Assembly (NCBI GenBank): GCA_900550185.1
Contig: URRN01000001.1
Coordinates: forward strand, 2,602 to 66,601
Origin: an uncultured Collinsella sp.
Lineage (GTDB): Bacteria; Actinomycetota; Coriobacteriia; Coriobacteriales; Coriobacteriaceae
Reading direction: 5' to 3'
Length of the DNA stretch: 64,000 bases
The notes beneath the pieces were generated by a model, which ran no database searches, was not told the DNA's origin, and saw nothing but the letters and a program-made list of their open reading frames with translations. The stretch's first letter is position 1. Each line of letters starts with the position of its first letter. The position numbers and the translations under genes were made by a program. Positions 52,374 through 62,579 of the stretch are shown here, piece by piece.

Positions 52374-53756
52374 ATGCACAAGGTGTATTACCAGCCTGAG
52401 GGAATTTGGGTAGGCGACATCATGCCGTACGGCGAGGACGGCACGTTCTATCTCTATCATCAGCGTGACACGCGAAACCCCGGACCTTTCGGAGAGCCGT
52501 TTGGCTGGGCACTCGCGACAACCAAGGACTTCGTCAATTACAAAGACTTTGGCGAGAGCCTTGAGCGTGGCGGCGACGAGGAAGTCGACCAGTATGTTTA
52601 TGCCGGCACGGTGTTTAAGGTGGGCGACAAGTACCATGCGCTCTACACTGGTTGCAATCGCGATAAGGTCAAGGCACGCTTGATGAAGCAGGTTCTTCTT
52701 CACGCAACGAGTGACGACGCCGTCAAGTGGGAGAAGAACATCGCCGAGACGCTGCTTCCGCCCCAGGAGGGTTACGATGACCGCAACTGGCGCGATCCCT
52801 TTGTGCTTTGGGATGAGGAGAACGAAGAGTACATGCTCATCCTCGGCACGCGTGTGGGCGAGGACAAGCGTCTGATGACCGGTCGTCTGGTCAAGTTCAC
52901 CTCCAAGGACCTGGATACCTGGGAGTTCCAGGGCGACTGGTGGAATCCGGGCCTGTACACCATGTTCGAGATGCCTGATCTCTTTAAGATGGGCGACTGG
53001 TGGTATCTGGTGTTCTCCGAGTACAGTGATGGCAACAAGACCCGTTACCGCATGTCTCGCTCCATCAACGGTCCTTGGATCACTCCTGCGGACGATTCCT
53101 TCGATGGCCGCGCGTACTATGCCGCGCGTACCGCATTTGATGGCGAGCGCCGCGTTCTCTTTGGTTGGGTTCCTACGCGTGACGAGGGCGGCGACCCCAG
53201 CTCTTACCTGTGGGGTGGCACCTTTATGCCTCTCGAGATCGTTCAGCGTGCCGACGGAACGCTCGGCACCAAGCTCCCCGACAGCATGCTTGGCGCCTTT
53301 GGCGAGGGCAAGGCTGTCGAGACCTTTGAGCTTTCCTGCGAGTCGGGCAAGGTCGAGCAGGTGCTCGCCGCGGATGCCGGCTCCACCTACTTGCTCGATG
53401 CCGACATTGAGCTCGGCGGTAACGCTGCCGGCTTCTCGGTCAAGTTCGCCGAGGACGCCGAGACTGGTCTTGCCTATGAGTTCCGCGCCAACCTGCGCGA
53501 GGGCAAGCTCGAGTTCACGCCGGCTCCCCAGTACCCGTGGTTCCAGGTCAACAACATGGGCCTCGAGCGTCCGTTGTTCTTTAAGGGCGAGGGCACTCAC
53601 CATGTGCGTCTGGTCGTCGACGACGACATCGCGACCATCTTTGTCGATGATGTTGCGCTTAACGCTCGCTTCTGCAATAAGCAGGGCCAGGGTGTGGCGC
53701 TGACGGTCACCGACGGTACGCTCAAGTGCGCAACTGCAACGATTGCGTCTCTGTAA
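52374..53756 (+). CDS. GH32 beta-fructosidase with atypical GDxMP nucleophile motif
   Basis: WVGDIMP, WRDPFV, MFEMPDL, YYAA; no signal peptide visible. Confidence 0.82.
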   Translation: MHKVYYQPEGIWVGDIMPYGEDGTFYLYHQRDTRNPGPFGEPFGWALATTKDFVNYKDFGESLERGGDEEVDQYVYAGTVFKVGDKYHALYTGCNRDKVKARLMKQVLLHATSDDAVKWEKNIAETLLPPQEGYDDRNWRDPFVLWDEENEEYMLILGTRVGEDKRLMTGRLVKFTSKDLDTWEFQGDWWNPGLYTMFEMPDLFKMGDWWYLVFSEYSDGNKTRYRMSRSINGPWITPADDSFDGRAYYAARTAFDGERRVLFGWVPTRDEGGDPSSYLWGGTFMPLEIVQRADGTLGTKLPDSMLGAFGEGKAVETFELSCESGKVEQVLAADAGSTYLLDADIELGGNAAGFSVKFAEDAETGLAYEFRANLREGKLEFTPAPQYPWFQVNNMGLERPLFFKGEGTHHVRLVVDDDIATIFVDDVALNARFCNKQGQGVALTVTDGTLKCATATIASL

Positions 53757-53801
53757 TGGCATCAAATCGTCTTATGATTTCGTAAGGGAATGGAGAGGAA
53801 C

Positions 53802-55253
53802 ATGGACTACAAGGCAGTGTCCCAGCAAGTCGTCGACAACGTCGGCGGACTGGAGAACATCGAGGGCGCCACGCATTGCGTGACCCGTCTGCGTCTGGTG
53901 CTCAAGGATACGAGCAAATACAACAAGGCCGAGCTCGAGAACATCGATGGCGTCAAGGGCGTGCTGTACAACAGCGGCCAGCTCATGATCATCTTCGGTA
54001 CCGGTACCGTCAACAAGGTTTACGATGAGTTTATGGCTCTGACGGGCGTTAAGGAGATCAGCGCTTCCGAGGTCAAGGGCGCCGAGGCGGACAAGAAGGG
54101 CAAGTTCTTCTCGGTCCTCAAGGTATTCTCGGACATCTTTATCCCCATCATTCCCGCCTTCGTCGGCGCTGCAATCATCATCGGCCTTAAGTCGCTGATC
54201 GTTGCCAACGGCCTCTTTGGCATGGAGGGCAGCCTCGCCGATCACAGCGAGTTCCTCAAGAACCTCGCAAGCTTCTTTGCCATTATCGCCACCACGTTCG
54301 ACTACCTGCCTGTCCTGGTTATGTACAGCGCGGTCAAGCGTTTTGGCGGTAACCCGATCCTGGGCATCCTCGTCGGTATCGTCATGGTTCACCCGAGCCT
54401 TATGAACCGCAACACGTTCGTTATGGACCCGACGGGTGCTGAGTACTGGAACTTCGGTCCGCTATCCATTCCCATGGTTGCTTTCCAGGGCGGTGTGTTC
54501 CCCGCAATCCTGACTGCCTGGTTTATGGCCAAGGTCGAGAAGATTGCCCAGAAGTACATCCCCGAGGTCGTTTCGTTCGTCTTTGTCCCGACCGTTACCC
54601 TGATTCTTGCTAACGTCGCCCTGTTCACCGTGTTCGGCCCGCTCGGCAACCTGATCGGCGACGTCCTCGCCGGCGTAATCGATATCCTGTACAACAGGAT
54701 GGGCGTCTTTGGTGCCTTTGTCTTCGCCGCGTTCCTGCAGCCGCTCGTCGTTACCGGTACGCATCAGTTCATCCAGGGTATCGAGGCAAACCTTGTTGCC
54801 ACGACTGGCTTCAACTACATCCAGGCCATCTGGTCGGTTTCCATCATCGCCCAGGGCGGCGGCGCCATCGGTATGTACCTCATTCACAAGAAGCACTCCA
54901 AAGAGCGCAACATCTGCATGTCGTCCTTTATCCCGACGCTGGTCGGAATCTCCGAGCCCGCTATCTTCGCTGCAAACATGCGCTACTCGATCATTCCGTT
55001 CATCTGCGCATGCATCGGTGCAGGCTGCGGCGGTGCCTTCGTCAAGCTCTTTGAGGTGCGCGCTATCGGTCAGGGTCTGACCGGCGTGCTTGGCCTGCTC
55101 ATCGTCACGCCCGAGACGCTCGTGTGGTATGTGGCTGGCAATCTCATCGCCTTTATCGTGCCGATCGTCTTGATCTTTGCCTACAACAAGGCAAAGGGCG
55201 TTCCGACCACCGATGAAGAGGGCGCTGGCGCAGGCTTCGATGTCAGCTTCTAG
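53802..55253 (+). CDS. scrA: PTS sucrose-family EIIBC
   Basis: THCVTRLRL, SDIFIPIIPA, VVTGTHQ, GISEPAIF. Confidence 0.85.
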   Translation: MDYKAVSQQVVDNVGGLENIEGATHCVTRLRLVLKDTSKYNKAELENIDGVKGVLYNSGQLMIIFGTGTVNKVYDEFMALTGVKEISASEVKGAEADKKGKFFSVLKVFSDIFIPIIPAFVGAAIIIGLKSLIVANGLFGMEGSLADHSEFLKNLASFFAIIATTFDYLPVLVMYSAVKRFGGNPILGILVGIVMVHPSLMNRNTFVMDPTGAEYWNFGPLSIPMVAFQGGVFPAILTAWFMAKVEKIAQKYIPEVVSFVFVPTVTLILANVALFTVFGPLGNLIGDVLAGVIDILYNRMGVFGAFVFAAFLQPLVVTGTHQFIQGIEANLVATTGFNYIQAIWSVSIIAQGGGAIGMYLIHKKHSKERNICMSSFIPTLVGISEPAIFAANMRYSIIPFICACIGAGCGGAFVKLFEVRAIGQGLTGVLGLLIVTPETLVWYVAGNLIAFIVPIVLIFAYNKAKGVPTTDEEGAGAGFDVSF

Positions 55254-55289
55254 TTGAGCCGTTCAGCGTAATCTGAGGATAAGTCCATT

Positions 55290-55333
55290 TGGGGAAGGGC
55301 GTTCGACTCGTGTGAGTCGAGCGTCCTTCCCCA
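55290..55333 (+). terminator. Strong hairpin between scrA and scrB
   Basis: TGGGGAAGGGCGTTCGACTC/GAGTCGAGCGTCCTTCCCCA; no U-tail. Confidence 0.45.
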
Positions 55334-55354
55334 TAGACGAGAAAGTCAACGGCG

Positions 55355-56797
55355 ATGTTAAATCAAAAAAACAAGGTGACACGCGCGGACTATGAGCAGT
55401 GGCGTGTCGGACAGGATGAGACGGCGGCTCGCATCGCGTCCGACCCCGATAGGCTTTTGTTCCATGTGGAGCCTGAGCTTGGCTGGCTCAACGACCCTAA
55501 CGGATTGGTGCAGATCGGGGATACGTATCACATCTATCATCAATACGATCCGTTCGATGCTGCGCATGGTGGTCCAGTGCTTTGGAACCATCTGACGACA
55601 AAGGATTTTGTGACATACGAGAATCACGGCCCCGTGCTGTTCCCCGATTCCGATTTGGATTCGAGTGGAGCGTATTCTGGTTCTGCCTTTGTACGTGATG
55701 GCAAGATTCACTACTTCTATACCGGCAACGTCAAGCATTTTGACCGCGATGATTACGACTACGTGTTGACGGGCCGTGAGCAAAACCAGATTCATATGGT
55801 TGCCGAGAATCCCGACGAATTGGGCGAGAAGCGCATGGCTGTTGGACCAGTCGATTACCCCGACGATATCGGTACGCACGTGCGCGACCCCAAGATCCTT
55901 GAGCACGATGGTATCTACTACATGGTTCTGGGCGCTCGTACGAAAGACGACCGTGGCTGCGTGCTTGTCTATACTTCGCGTGATTTAGGGGTCTGGAGCT
56001 ATGCGACGCGCATTGAGCTGGGCGAGAAGTTTGGCTTTATGTGGGAGTGTCCTGATCTGTTTGAGCTCGATGGCGAGCTTATTCTCGTTTGCTGTCCGCA
56101 GGGCGTGCCCGCCGATGGCTGGCGTTACCGCAATCCGCACCAGTGCGTGTGGTTTTCCATCGAGGCCGATTGGGAGGCGCCGAGCTTTAAGATCGCCGGG
56201 CAGGGCATGCCTCCGATGGTTGATGCCGGTTTTGATTTCTATGCCCCGCAGTCCTTTGAGGATGCGGCAGGTCGACGCTTGATGATCGGATGGTCGGGTT
56301 GCCCCGATACGATGGCAGAAAGCCCGACGGTGGCACGCGGATGGCAGTGCGCGTTGACGGTGCCGAGAGAGCTGAGCATGCGTAGCGGTAAGCTCTGCCA
56401 GCAGCCGGCGCACGAGATCGAAGTGCTGCGCGGCGACTGCGTTCGTGCTACAGGCGGTGAGACCGTTGAAGAGCCTGGGCGCCTGTTTGATGTCGTGGTT
56501 TCCTGCGAGGACGCCAAGATGGTCGAGCTCGAGATTCGCAAGGGTGTCTTTGTGCGCTATGCGGACGGGACGCTTACCCTCGACATGGGTGACGAAGGCT
56601 ATGGGCGTGACCGGAGGTCGATTGAGCTCAGCGAGCTCCGCGACCTGCGCGTGCTTTCGGACACTACGATGGTCGAGATTTTTGTCAACGGCGGCGAGGC
56701 GGCACTTACGAGCCGTACCTATTCGCCGGCGGTACCGGCGATGGAGCTGCGCGCCGAGGGTGCGGCATCGATGGATTTTTACCGTCTTGCGCGTTAA
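55355..56797 (+). CDS. scrB: Sucrose-6-phosphate hydrolase (GH32)
   Basis: WLNDPNG, YSGSA, VRDPK, MWECPD, GFDFYAPQSF. Confidence 0.9.
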   Translation: MLNQKNKVTRADYEQWRVGQDETAARIASDPDRLLFHVEPELGWLNDPNGLVQIGDTYHIYHQYDPFDAAHGGPVLWNHLTTKDFVTYENHGPVLFPDSDLDSSGAYSGSAFVRDGKIHYFYTGNVKHFDRDDYDYVLTGREQNQIHMVAENPDELGEKRMAVGPVDYPDDIGTHVRDPKILEHDGIYYMVLGARTKDDRGCVLVYTSRDLGVWSYATRIELGEKFGFMWECPDLFELDGELILVCCPQGVPADGWRYRNPHQCVWFSIEADWEAPSFKIAGQGMPPMVDAGFDFYAPQSFEDAAGRRLMIGWSGCPDTMAESPTVARGWQCALTVPRELSMRSGKLCQQPAHEIEVLRGDCVRATGGETVEEPGRLFDVVVSCEDAKMVELEIRKGVFVRYADGTLTLDMGDEGYGRDRRSIELSELRDLRVLSDTTMVEIFVNGGEAALTSRTYSPAVPAMELRAEGAASMDFYRLAR

Positions 56798-57073
56798 CCG
56801 TGCGTGGAGCACGATTGGACTTGCTGGGCGGAATGTGTCGCAGTTGCCGCAGCGAACTACCGTTTATCGCGTATAGCTACCGTTTGCGGAATAAGTAACA
56901 CTCCTTAATAAACCGTGTAGAATCTCAGATAAGCACGGAGTTTTCCAGGGAGACGCTGTCCTTTGTTGTGTGCAAGGGGCGGCGTCTCTTTGGCGCTTGG
57001 ACGCCGTTGTACAACAGTGCGGCGGCGCGTGCCATGTATTGAAAAGCCAATGTCGAGATGGGTCGTGATAAGA

Positions 57074-57928
57074 ATGGGCAAGTACGTAATCGTGGTTGAG
57101 TCTGGGTCGGATGTGACGCCGGAGCTCTGCGAACGCTATGGCATCGTGCGCGTGCCCATGCATGTCACGATTGGTGACGAGACCGTCGAGGACGGCTCGA
57201 TCGATCCGCTCGAGATTTATTCGCGCTGCAACGAGTTTGGTGTGATGCCCAAGACCAGTGGCTGTTCGCCAGCGGATTTTGCGCATGTGTACGACCGCAT
57301 CCATGCCGAGCAACCCGACGCGACTATTTTGCATCTTGCATATTCTGAGGCCACGACCTGCTCGCATCAATCATCGAAGATCGCCGCCAAGGGTCGCGAT
57401 TACGTCTACTCCATGGACACGCGCTTTGTCTCGGTAGGCCAGTCGCTCGTTGTCGTCGAGACCGCCAAGTATATTGAGGCTCATCCCGATGCCACCGTTG
57501 ACGAAATTTTCGCCTTCACCAATTCGGTCATGGACCGCGTACTGTTGGGCTTTGTCCCAACCGATCTCGCCTTCCTTAAGGCCGGCGGTCGCTTGTCCAA
57601 CGTGGCATTCCTCGGTGCCCATCTGCTCAAGATTAAGCCCTGCATTGAGGTGACGGGTGGTAAGTTCGTGGCGACCAAGAAGTTCCGCGGTTCTATGCTT
57701 AAGTGTGCCCGTGCCTTTATTGATCACATGGTAGAGAAGGGCGAGATCGACTACTCGCATATTGGCTTGGCGTATTCGGTGGGTCTTTCCGAGGAGTTGC
57801 GCGACGACATGGAAGTCTATGCACACGATCTTGGCTTTAAGGACGTTACCTGGACTCAGGTCGGCGGCGTCATCTCGAGCCATTGCGGCCCGACCGCCTT
57901 CGGCGCGGTGCTCACGCTCAAGGCGTAA
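57074..57928 (+). CDS. DegV family fatty-acid-binding protein
   Basis: ESGSD, PKTSG, LKAGGRL, LLKIKP, VISSHCGP. Confidence 0.9.
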   Translation: MGKYVIVVESGSDVTPELCERYGIVRVPMHVTIGDETVEDGSIDPLEIYSRCNEFGVMPKTSGCSPADFAHVYDRIHAEQPDATILHLAYSEATTCSHQSSKIAAKGRDYVYSMDTRFVSVGQSLVVVETAKYIEAHPDATVDEIFAFTNSVMDRVLLGFVPTDLAFLKAGGRLSNVAFLGAHLLKIKPCIEVTGGKFVATKKFRGSMLKCARAFIDHMVEKGEIDYSHIGLAYSVGLSEELRDDMEVYAHDLGFKDVTWTQVGGVISSHCGPTAFGAVLTLKA

Positions 57929-58114
57929 GGCCTGGCGTCTATCGATATCTATTGCCTCGGCGGCGGGCGGGCTGCGATAACCCTCCCGCCGCTCTTGCGT
58001 GGGGTCAAATAGAACAACCCAATTGACCGCTAAACCATTTCACCATCATGCGTATGGGCTAGAATGGCTCTGGCATTTATGTAACTAAAACCAATGAGAG
58101 GCAAGGTAGCGGGA

Positions 58115-58933
58115 ATGGCTGAGATGACGCTCGAGGGTGTGGACGCTCGTCCCGAGGACTCCGCGTTTGCCCTGGGCCGCGTACATTCGATTGAGACGAT
58201 GGGAACGGTCGACGGACCCGGCATTCGCTTTGTGGTGTTTGTTCAGGGCTGTCCCATGCGCTGCGCGTATTGCCACAATCCCGATACCTGGTCGGTCAAC
58301 GGCGGCACCATGGTGACCGTCGAACACCTGATGGACGAGTTTCAGAGTAACCATGAGTTTTACCGCAGCGGCGGCATTACCGTTTCGGGCGGTGAACCGC
58401 TCCTGCAGCCTGAGTTTTTGGCCGACCTATTCCGTGCAATGCACAACAATCCCGATGGCCGCGTGCATACCTGCCTGGATAGCTGCGGTTATGCGTTTGA
58501 TCCCAACCGCCCCGAGAAGTTCGATGCCGTTCTCAACGAGACCGACATGGTGCTGCTCGACATCAAGCATGCCGATCCGGCTGAGCATAAAAAGCTGACC
58601 GGCTGCGATCCCGCACGCATTCTGGCGTTTGGTGATGAGCTCGCGCGTCGCAAGATTAAGGTCGTTATCCGCCACGTGGTAGTGCCGGGCATTACCGACA
58701 CGGTGGAGGAGTGCGAGGCACTCGGTCGTCTAATCGCCCCGTGGCATAACGTGGTCGGCCTGGAGATGCTGCCGTATCACACGATGGGTGTCGTCAAGTA
58801 CGAGCAACTGGGCATTCCCTATAAGCTCGAGGGCGTGCCCCAGATGGATACCGCGCGCATGCCCGAGCTGCGCAACGCCGTCATGACGGGCATGAAAAAG
58901 CGCCGCGCCGAACTCAAAAACGCCATCGGCTAG
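58115..58933 (+). CDS. pflA: Pyruvate formate-lyase activating enzyme (radical SAM)
   Basis: GTVDGPGIRFVVFVQGCPMRCAYCHNPDTW, SGGEP, LPYH; alternative start at 58094. Confidence 0.95.
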   Translation: MAEMTLEGVDARPEDSAFALGRVHSIETMGTVDGPGIRFVVFVQGCPMRCAYCHNPDTWSVNGGTMVTVEHLMDEFQSNHEFYRSGGITVSGGEPLLQPEFLADLFRAMHNNPDGRVHTCLDSCGYAFDPNRPEKFDAVLNETDMVLLDIKHADPAEHKKLTGCDPARILAFGDELARRKIKVVIRHVVVPGITDTVEECEALGRLIAPWHNVVGLEMLPYHTMGVVKYEQLGIPYKLEGVPQMDTARMPELRNAVMTGMKKRRAELKNAIG

Positions 58934-59024
58934 CGAGCCATTTTCGCTCCCCAAAGGCACTCATTGGGGACAGACTTAAATGAGTGCCCCTGGGCACCAA
59001 GTTGATTGCCAAAGAGCCCCGTCA

Positions 59025-59091
59025 AGTTGCGGTGGAATAGTTCTTGTTTTTCGGCTTATGCCGTTCAAACAGGAACTATTTCACCGCAACT
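59025..59091. repeat. Inverted repeat AGTTGCGGTGGAATAG-N35-CTATTTCACCGCAACT, copy 2
   Basis: Matches 7864-7930; a REP-like unit is adjacent at 58956-58988. Confidence 0.8.
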
Positions 59092-59249
59092 GCGTTTTGG
59101 GTAGAGATGTGCAACAGAATTGGCAAAAATGCATAGAAACGCTTGTGGTTTCTTTAAAGACACCTTAAACGCCACTGAATATCTTTGGAAAGAAATGCCT
59201 GCTCGGTATCATGCTGCTCGTATATAAACGGTAGCAGTCAGGAGACCAC

Positions 59250-60346
59250 GTGCGAAACATCGCATCGCGGGATGAGTATGTGCCGCAGCATAGCAGCAGA
59301 TATGAGACGAAGGGCACGTCTTCGCGTGGCCTTGCCGACGCTCGCATCCGCGTGAGGAAGATTGCCGCCATTGGGATGCTAACGTCGGCGGTTATTATCC
59401 TCGGAATTACCGCCAAAACCTACGCATCGGAGCGAATGGCACACTCAGATGCGTCAACGGTACAGCTGCAAAACGAAAAGGTTTCAAAGTCCAAAGCGTC
59501 GGCAGATCTCAAGACGAGACTTTCGAAGGCGGACTTCAACGATATCCCTTCGAGTGATACCGTTCAGACCTTCTCGTTGGTGGATAAGAAGATTCCTACC
59601 TTGGAGGATGAGAGCCTTGCTTCGCTCCAGGATGCCCTGAGCCGGGTGCAGGAGCTGGGTGAGTGGGCGTAGTGTTCTACGACCTATCGAGCGGTAGAGG
59701 CGTGACGTATAACGCCGATGTCGAGGTGTATGGAGCGAGCAGTTACAAGGCGCTGTATGCGCTCTATATTTGCGAGACGTTGGTCGAATCGGATCAGGTG
59801 TCGCTCGATTGGCCTTTAGCCACGTATGGTGGCTACAACATGGGTTGGCAGACGGTACGCGACTTGATCGAGGCTGCGGTCGTTTATTCAGACAACGATT
59901 CGTTTATTGCGTTACGTGCGGCGTTTGACCGTGTCGGTTACGAGGATTGGATTGTCGGTCTTGGCATCGATTACGATACGGCACTGGATCCGATGAGTGA
60001 TTTTCCGACCTACTGCCCGCGCACTTCTGCGAGGTTATGGCGTGAGATGAGCGAGTATCTGAGCATGGATACCGAGACTTCACAGTGGTTGTCGAGCCTT
60101 CTGGCATCAACATCGCGCTCGTTTATTCGCGATGGCATTGCGGACGAGCAGGTTTTGGTGCGCAACAAGGCAGGCTGGATTAGCGAGGATGGTTACTATT
60201 CGACATGCGATGCAGGCCTCATCGACATCGATGGCCGTACCTATGTCATGAGCGTCATGACATCGATGCCATGGAGTGACCGTTCGAGCGAGGTTACGGC
60301 CGCGATTGCAAAGGCTCTGTTTGATACGCGAGCTGCATTGGCTTAG
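59250..60346 (+). pseudogene. Membrane-anchored serine hydrolase (class A beta-lactamase fold), frameshifted near 59663
   Basis: ORF1 has a TM anchor; overlapping ORF2 has SSYK, SDN and KAG motifs. Confidence 0.72.
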
Positions 60347-60424
60347 CGTGTTCGTTTGGCGAGGTCAAACAAAATGCTGGTACCATACCTTGGTTGAGAA
60401 TTTCGTATAGGTTTGGGGAATGGT

Positions 60425-61165
60425 ATGGCTACCATCGCGATTATCGGTGCGCTCGAAAAAGAGATCATGCAGATTAAGGAAGAGCTGAGCGACGTTTGCG
60501 AGGCACGGGATGCAGGCTTGACCGTTGTGAGCGGTGAGCTCGACGGCCTGACAGTTGTCGCCACAACGGCGGGCATGGGCACGGTGAACGCCGCTGCTGC
60601 AACACAGCACCTCATTAGCAAGTATGCTCCGCAGGCTGTTGTGTTTTCGGGCATTGCGGGTGGTTTGAACCCCAAGCTCCATATCGACGACGTGGTCATT
60701 GGCAAACGCCTACGCTATCTGGATACCGATACCGCGCTTATCGCCGAGTCCGCACCGGGGCTCGAGGAGTTTGGCTCGACGCCCGCGCTGGTCGATATTG
60801 CCGCCGACGTGCTTGCTGAGCGTGGGTTTGTTGACGCTTCGAAAAATGCAGTCGCTTCGAACGAGGGCACCAAGCAGTTCCTGGTCGGCACGATTGCCAC
60901 GGGTAACCGCTTTGTGACGGGCGCCACCATGCGCAATGACGCTATCGAGGCGACGCATGCCGATTGTGTCGGCATGGAGGGCGCGGCAATTGCCCATGTC
61001 GCAACCAAAAATGGTGTCGATTGCCTGGTGTTGCGCGCTATCAGCGATAATTGTGACGAGGCGTACGATGCAATTTGCGAGCGCGAGTTCGATCTGTTCG
61101 AGTACGCGCGTGTCGCAAGTGACATCACGCTCGATATCGTCCGCCGCATTGCCGCTGCGCAATAG
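60425..61165 (+). CDS. mtnN: 5'-methylthioadenosine/S-adenosylhomocysteine nucleosidase
   Basis: IIGALEKE, GMGTVNAA, SGIAGGL, MEGAAIA, RAISD. Confidence 0.9.
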   Translation: MATIAIIGALEKEIMQIKEELSDVCEARDAGLTVVSGELDGLTVVATTAGMGTVNAAAATQHLISKYAPQAVVFSGIAGGLNPKLHIDDVVIGKRLRYLDTDTALIAESAPGLEEFGSTPALVDIAADVLAERGFVDASKNAVASNEGTKQFLVGTIATGNRFVTGATMRNDAIEATHADCVGMEGAAIAHVATKNGVDCLVLRAISDNCDEAYDAICEREFDLFEYARVASDITLDIVRRIAAAQ

Positions 61166-61203
61166 CGCGTCTATTTGTAAGAACCTACGACCAAGGAGTG
61201 TCC

Positions 61204-61794
61204 ATGGCCGATTCCATTAACTACCAGCTTGCCAAGTTCGTCGCCAGCTATGGCAAGGTTTCGCAGATTCCCGAGTCCACCTGCCCCGAGGTGAGCTTTG
61301 TCGGCCGCTCCAACGTGGGCAAGTCGTCGATTATGAACAAGCTATTTGGCCGCAAGAACCTAGTCAAGGTTTCCAGTACGCCGGGCAAGACGAGCAACAT
61401 CAACTTCTTTGAGGCCGATGACGTGCACTTTGTGGACCTGCCGGGTTACGGTTTCGCCCGTCGCTCCAAGGCCGAGCGCGACCGCTGGGCCGAGCTTATC
61501 GGCGACTTTTTCGACTCCGAGCGCAGCTTTAACTTGGTCGTCTCGCTGGTGGACATTCGTCACGATCCCAGCAAGCTCGATCATGACATGATCGACTACC
61601 TGCAGGGCAATGAGTTCAACTTTATCGTCTGCCTCACCAAGGCCGACAAGCTCAGTCGCACCCAGCAGGCCCGCCAGGCAGCAGCCATCAAAAAGCAGCT
61701 CAACGTTCCGGCCGAGAACGTGATCATCACAAGCTCCCAGACCGGCACCGGCATCGACGAACTCAAAAAGCGCATCGCCGAGGCTTGCCTCTAG
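61204..61794 (+). CDS. engB: Ribosome biogenesis GTPase YsxC/EngB
   Basis: GRSNVGKSS, SSTPGKT, DLPGYG, TKADK. Confidence 0.95.
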   Translation: MADSINYQLAKFVASYGKVSQIPESTCPEVSFVGRSNVGKSSIMNKLFGRKNLVKVSSTPGKTSNINFFEADDVHFVDLPGYGFARRSKAERDRWAELIGDFFDSERSFNLVVSLVDIRHDPSKLDHDMIDYLQGNEFNFIVCLTKADKLSRTQQARQAAAIKKQLNVPAENVIITSSQTGTGIDELKKRIAEACL

Positions 61795-61830
61795 TAAGGG
61801 CTCTTGGCAGGCAATAGTTTGCATCTATCT

Positions 61831-61877
61831 ATATCACCCCAGTGATAGTTGTTGGTACACTATCACTGGGGTGATAT
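61831..61877. promoter_or_regulatory. Paired operators TATCAC-N4-GTGATA forming a perfect 19 bp inverted repeat
   Basis: ATATCACCCCAGTGATAGT-N9-ACTATCACTGGGGTGATAT just upstream of the DUF3990 RBS. Confidence 0.75.
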
Positions 61878-61895
61878 TTTTGTTTGGAGGTCGAT

Positions 61896-62579
61896 ATGGA
61901 GCTTTGGCACGGGTCGGAGGTTGTTGTCGAGCATCCATCGTTGGATAAATGCAGGCAATTCAATGACTATGGGCGCGGGTTTTATTGCACACCGCATGAG
62001 GAAATGGCAATGGAGTGGGCATGTCGGACCGAGTCTGATGGCATTGCCAATCGATATGAGCTTGATTTAGATGGCCTTGCGATTTTGGATTTGGAATCAG
62101 GTGAGTTCTCGATTCTCAACTGGCTTGCAATTCTGGCGAATAACAGAGAGTTCAATGTTTCAACGCCAGTAGCACGCGAGGGGCTTCGTTATCTGCTGGA
62201 TAACTGCCTGATTGATATTTCTCCCTATGACGTTATTCGAGGCTATCGTGCAGACGATTCCTATTTCTCGTTTGCAAGACAGTTTGTCAACGGCATGATC
62301 TCGCTCAGGCAATTGCAGCGCATTATGTTTTTGGGGGATTTGGGCATTCAATATGCGCTTATGAGTGAGCGTGCATTCTCGGCGATTAAGTTCCGCGATT
62401 GGAAGCAGGCCTCGGGAGCTGAGTTTTATCCCAAACGATTTGAGCGAGAACAGAACGCTCGACGAAAGTACCTGGATACGGTAAACGGATTTGACTCTGA
62501 TGGTGTCGACATTAGGGATTTGATGGCAGGAAGGGTTGATTTAAATGATCCAAGAGTTAACGGATTGTGGGCCGAGTAG
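61896..62579 (+). CDS. DUF3990-like protein (possible ADP-ribosyltransferase fold)
   Basis: LWHGS, DYGRGFYCT, YDVIRGYRADD; RBS GGAGGT. Confidence 0.78.
   Translation: MELWHGSEVVVEHPSLDKCRQFNDYGRGFYCTPHEEMAMEWACRTESDGIANRYELDLDGLAILDLESGEFSILNWLAILANNREFNVSTPVAREGLRYLLDNCLIDISPYDVIRGYRADDSYFSFARQFVNGMISLRQLQRIMFLGDLGIQYALMSERAFSAIKFRDWKQASGAEFYPKRFEREQNARRKYLDTVNGFDSDGVDIRDLMAGRVDLNDPRVNGLWAE

Noticed and set aside
59663..60346. Functional beta-lactam resistance gene
   Set aside because: Only the fold motifs are shared, the gene is frameshifted, and such proteins are often peptidoglycan hydrolases
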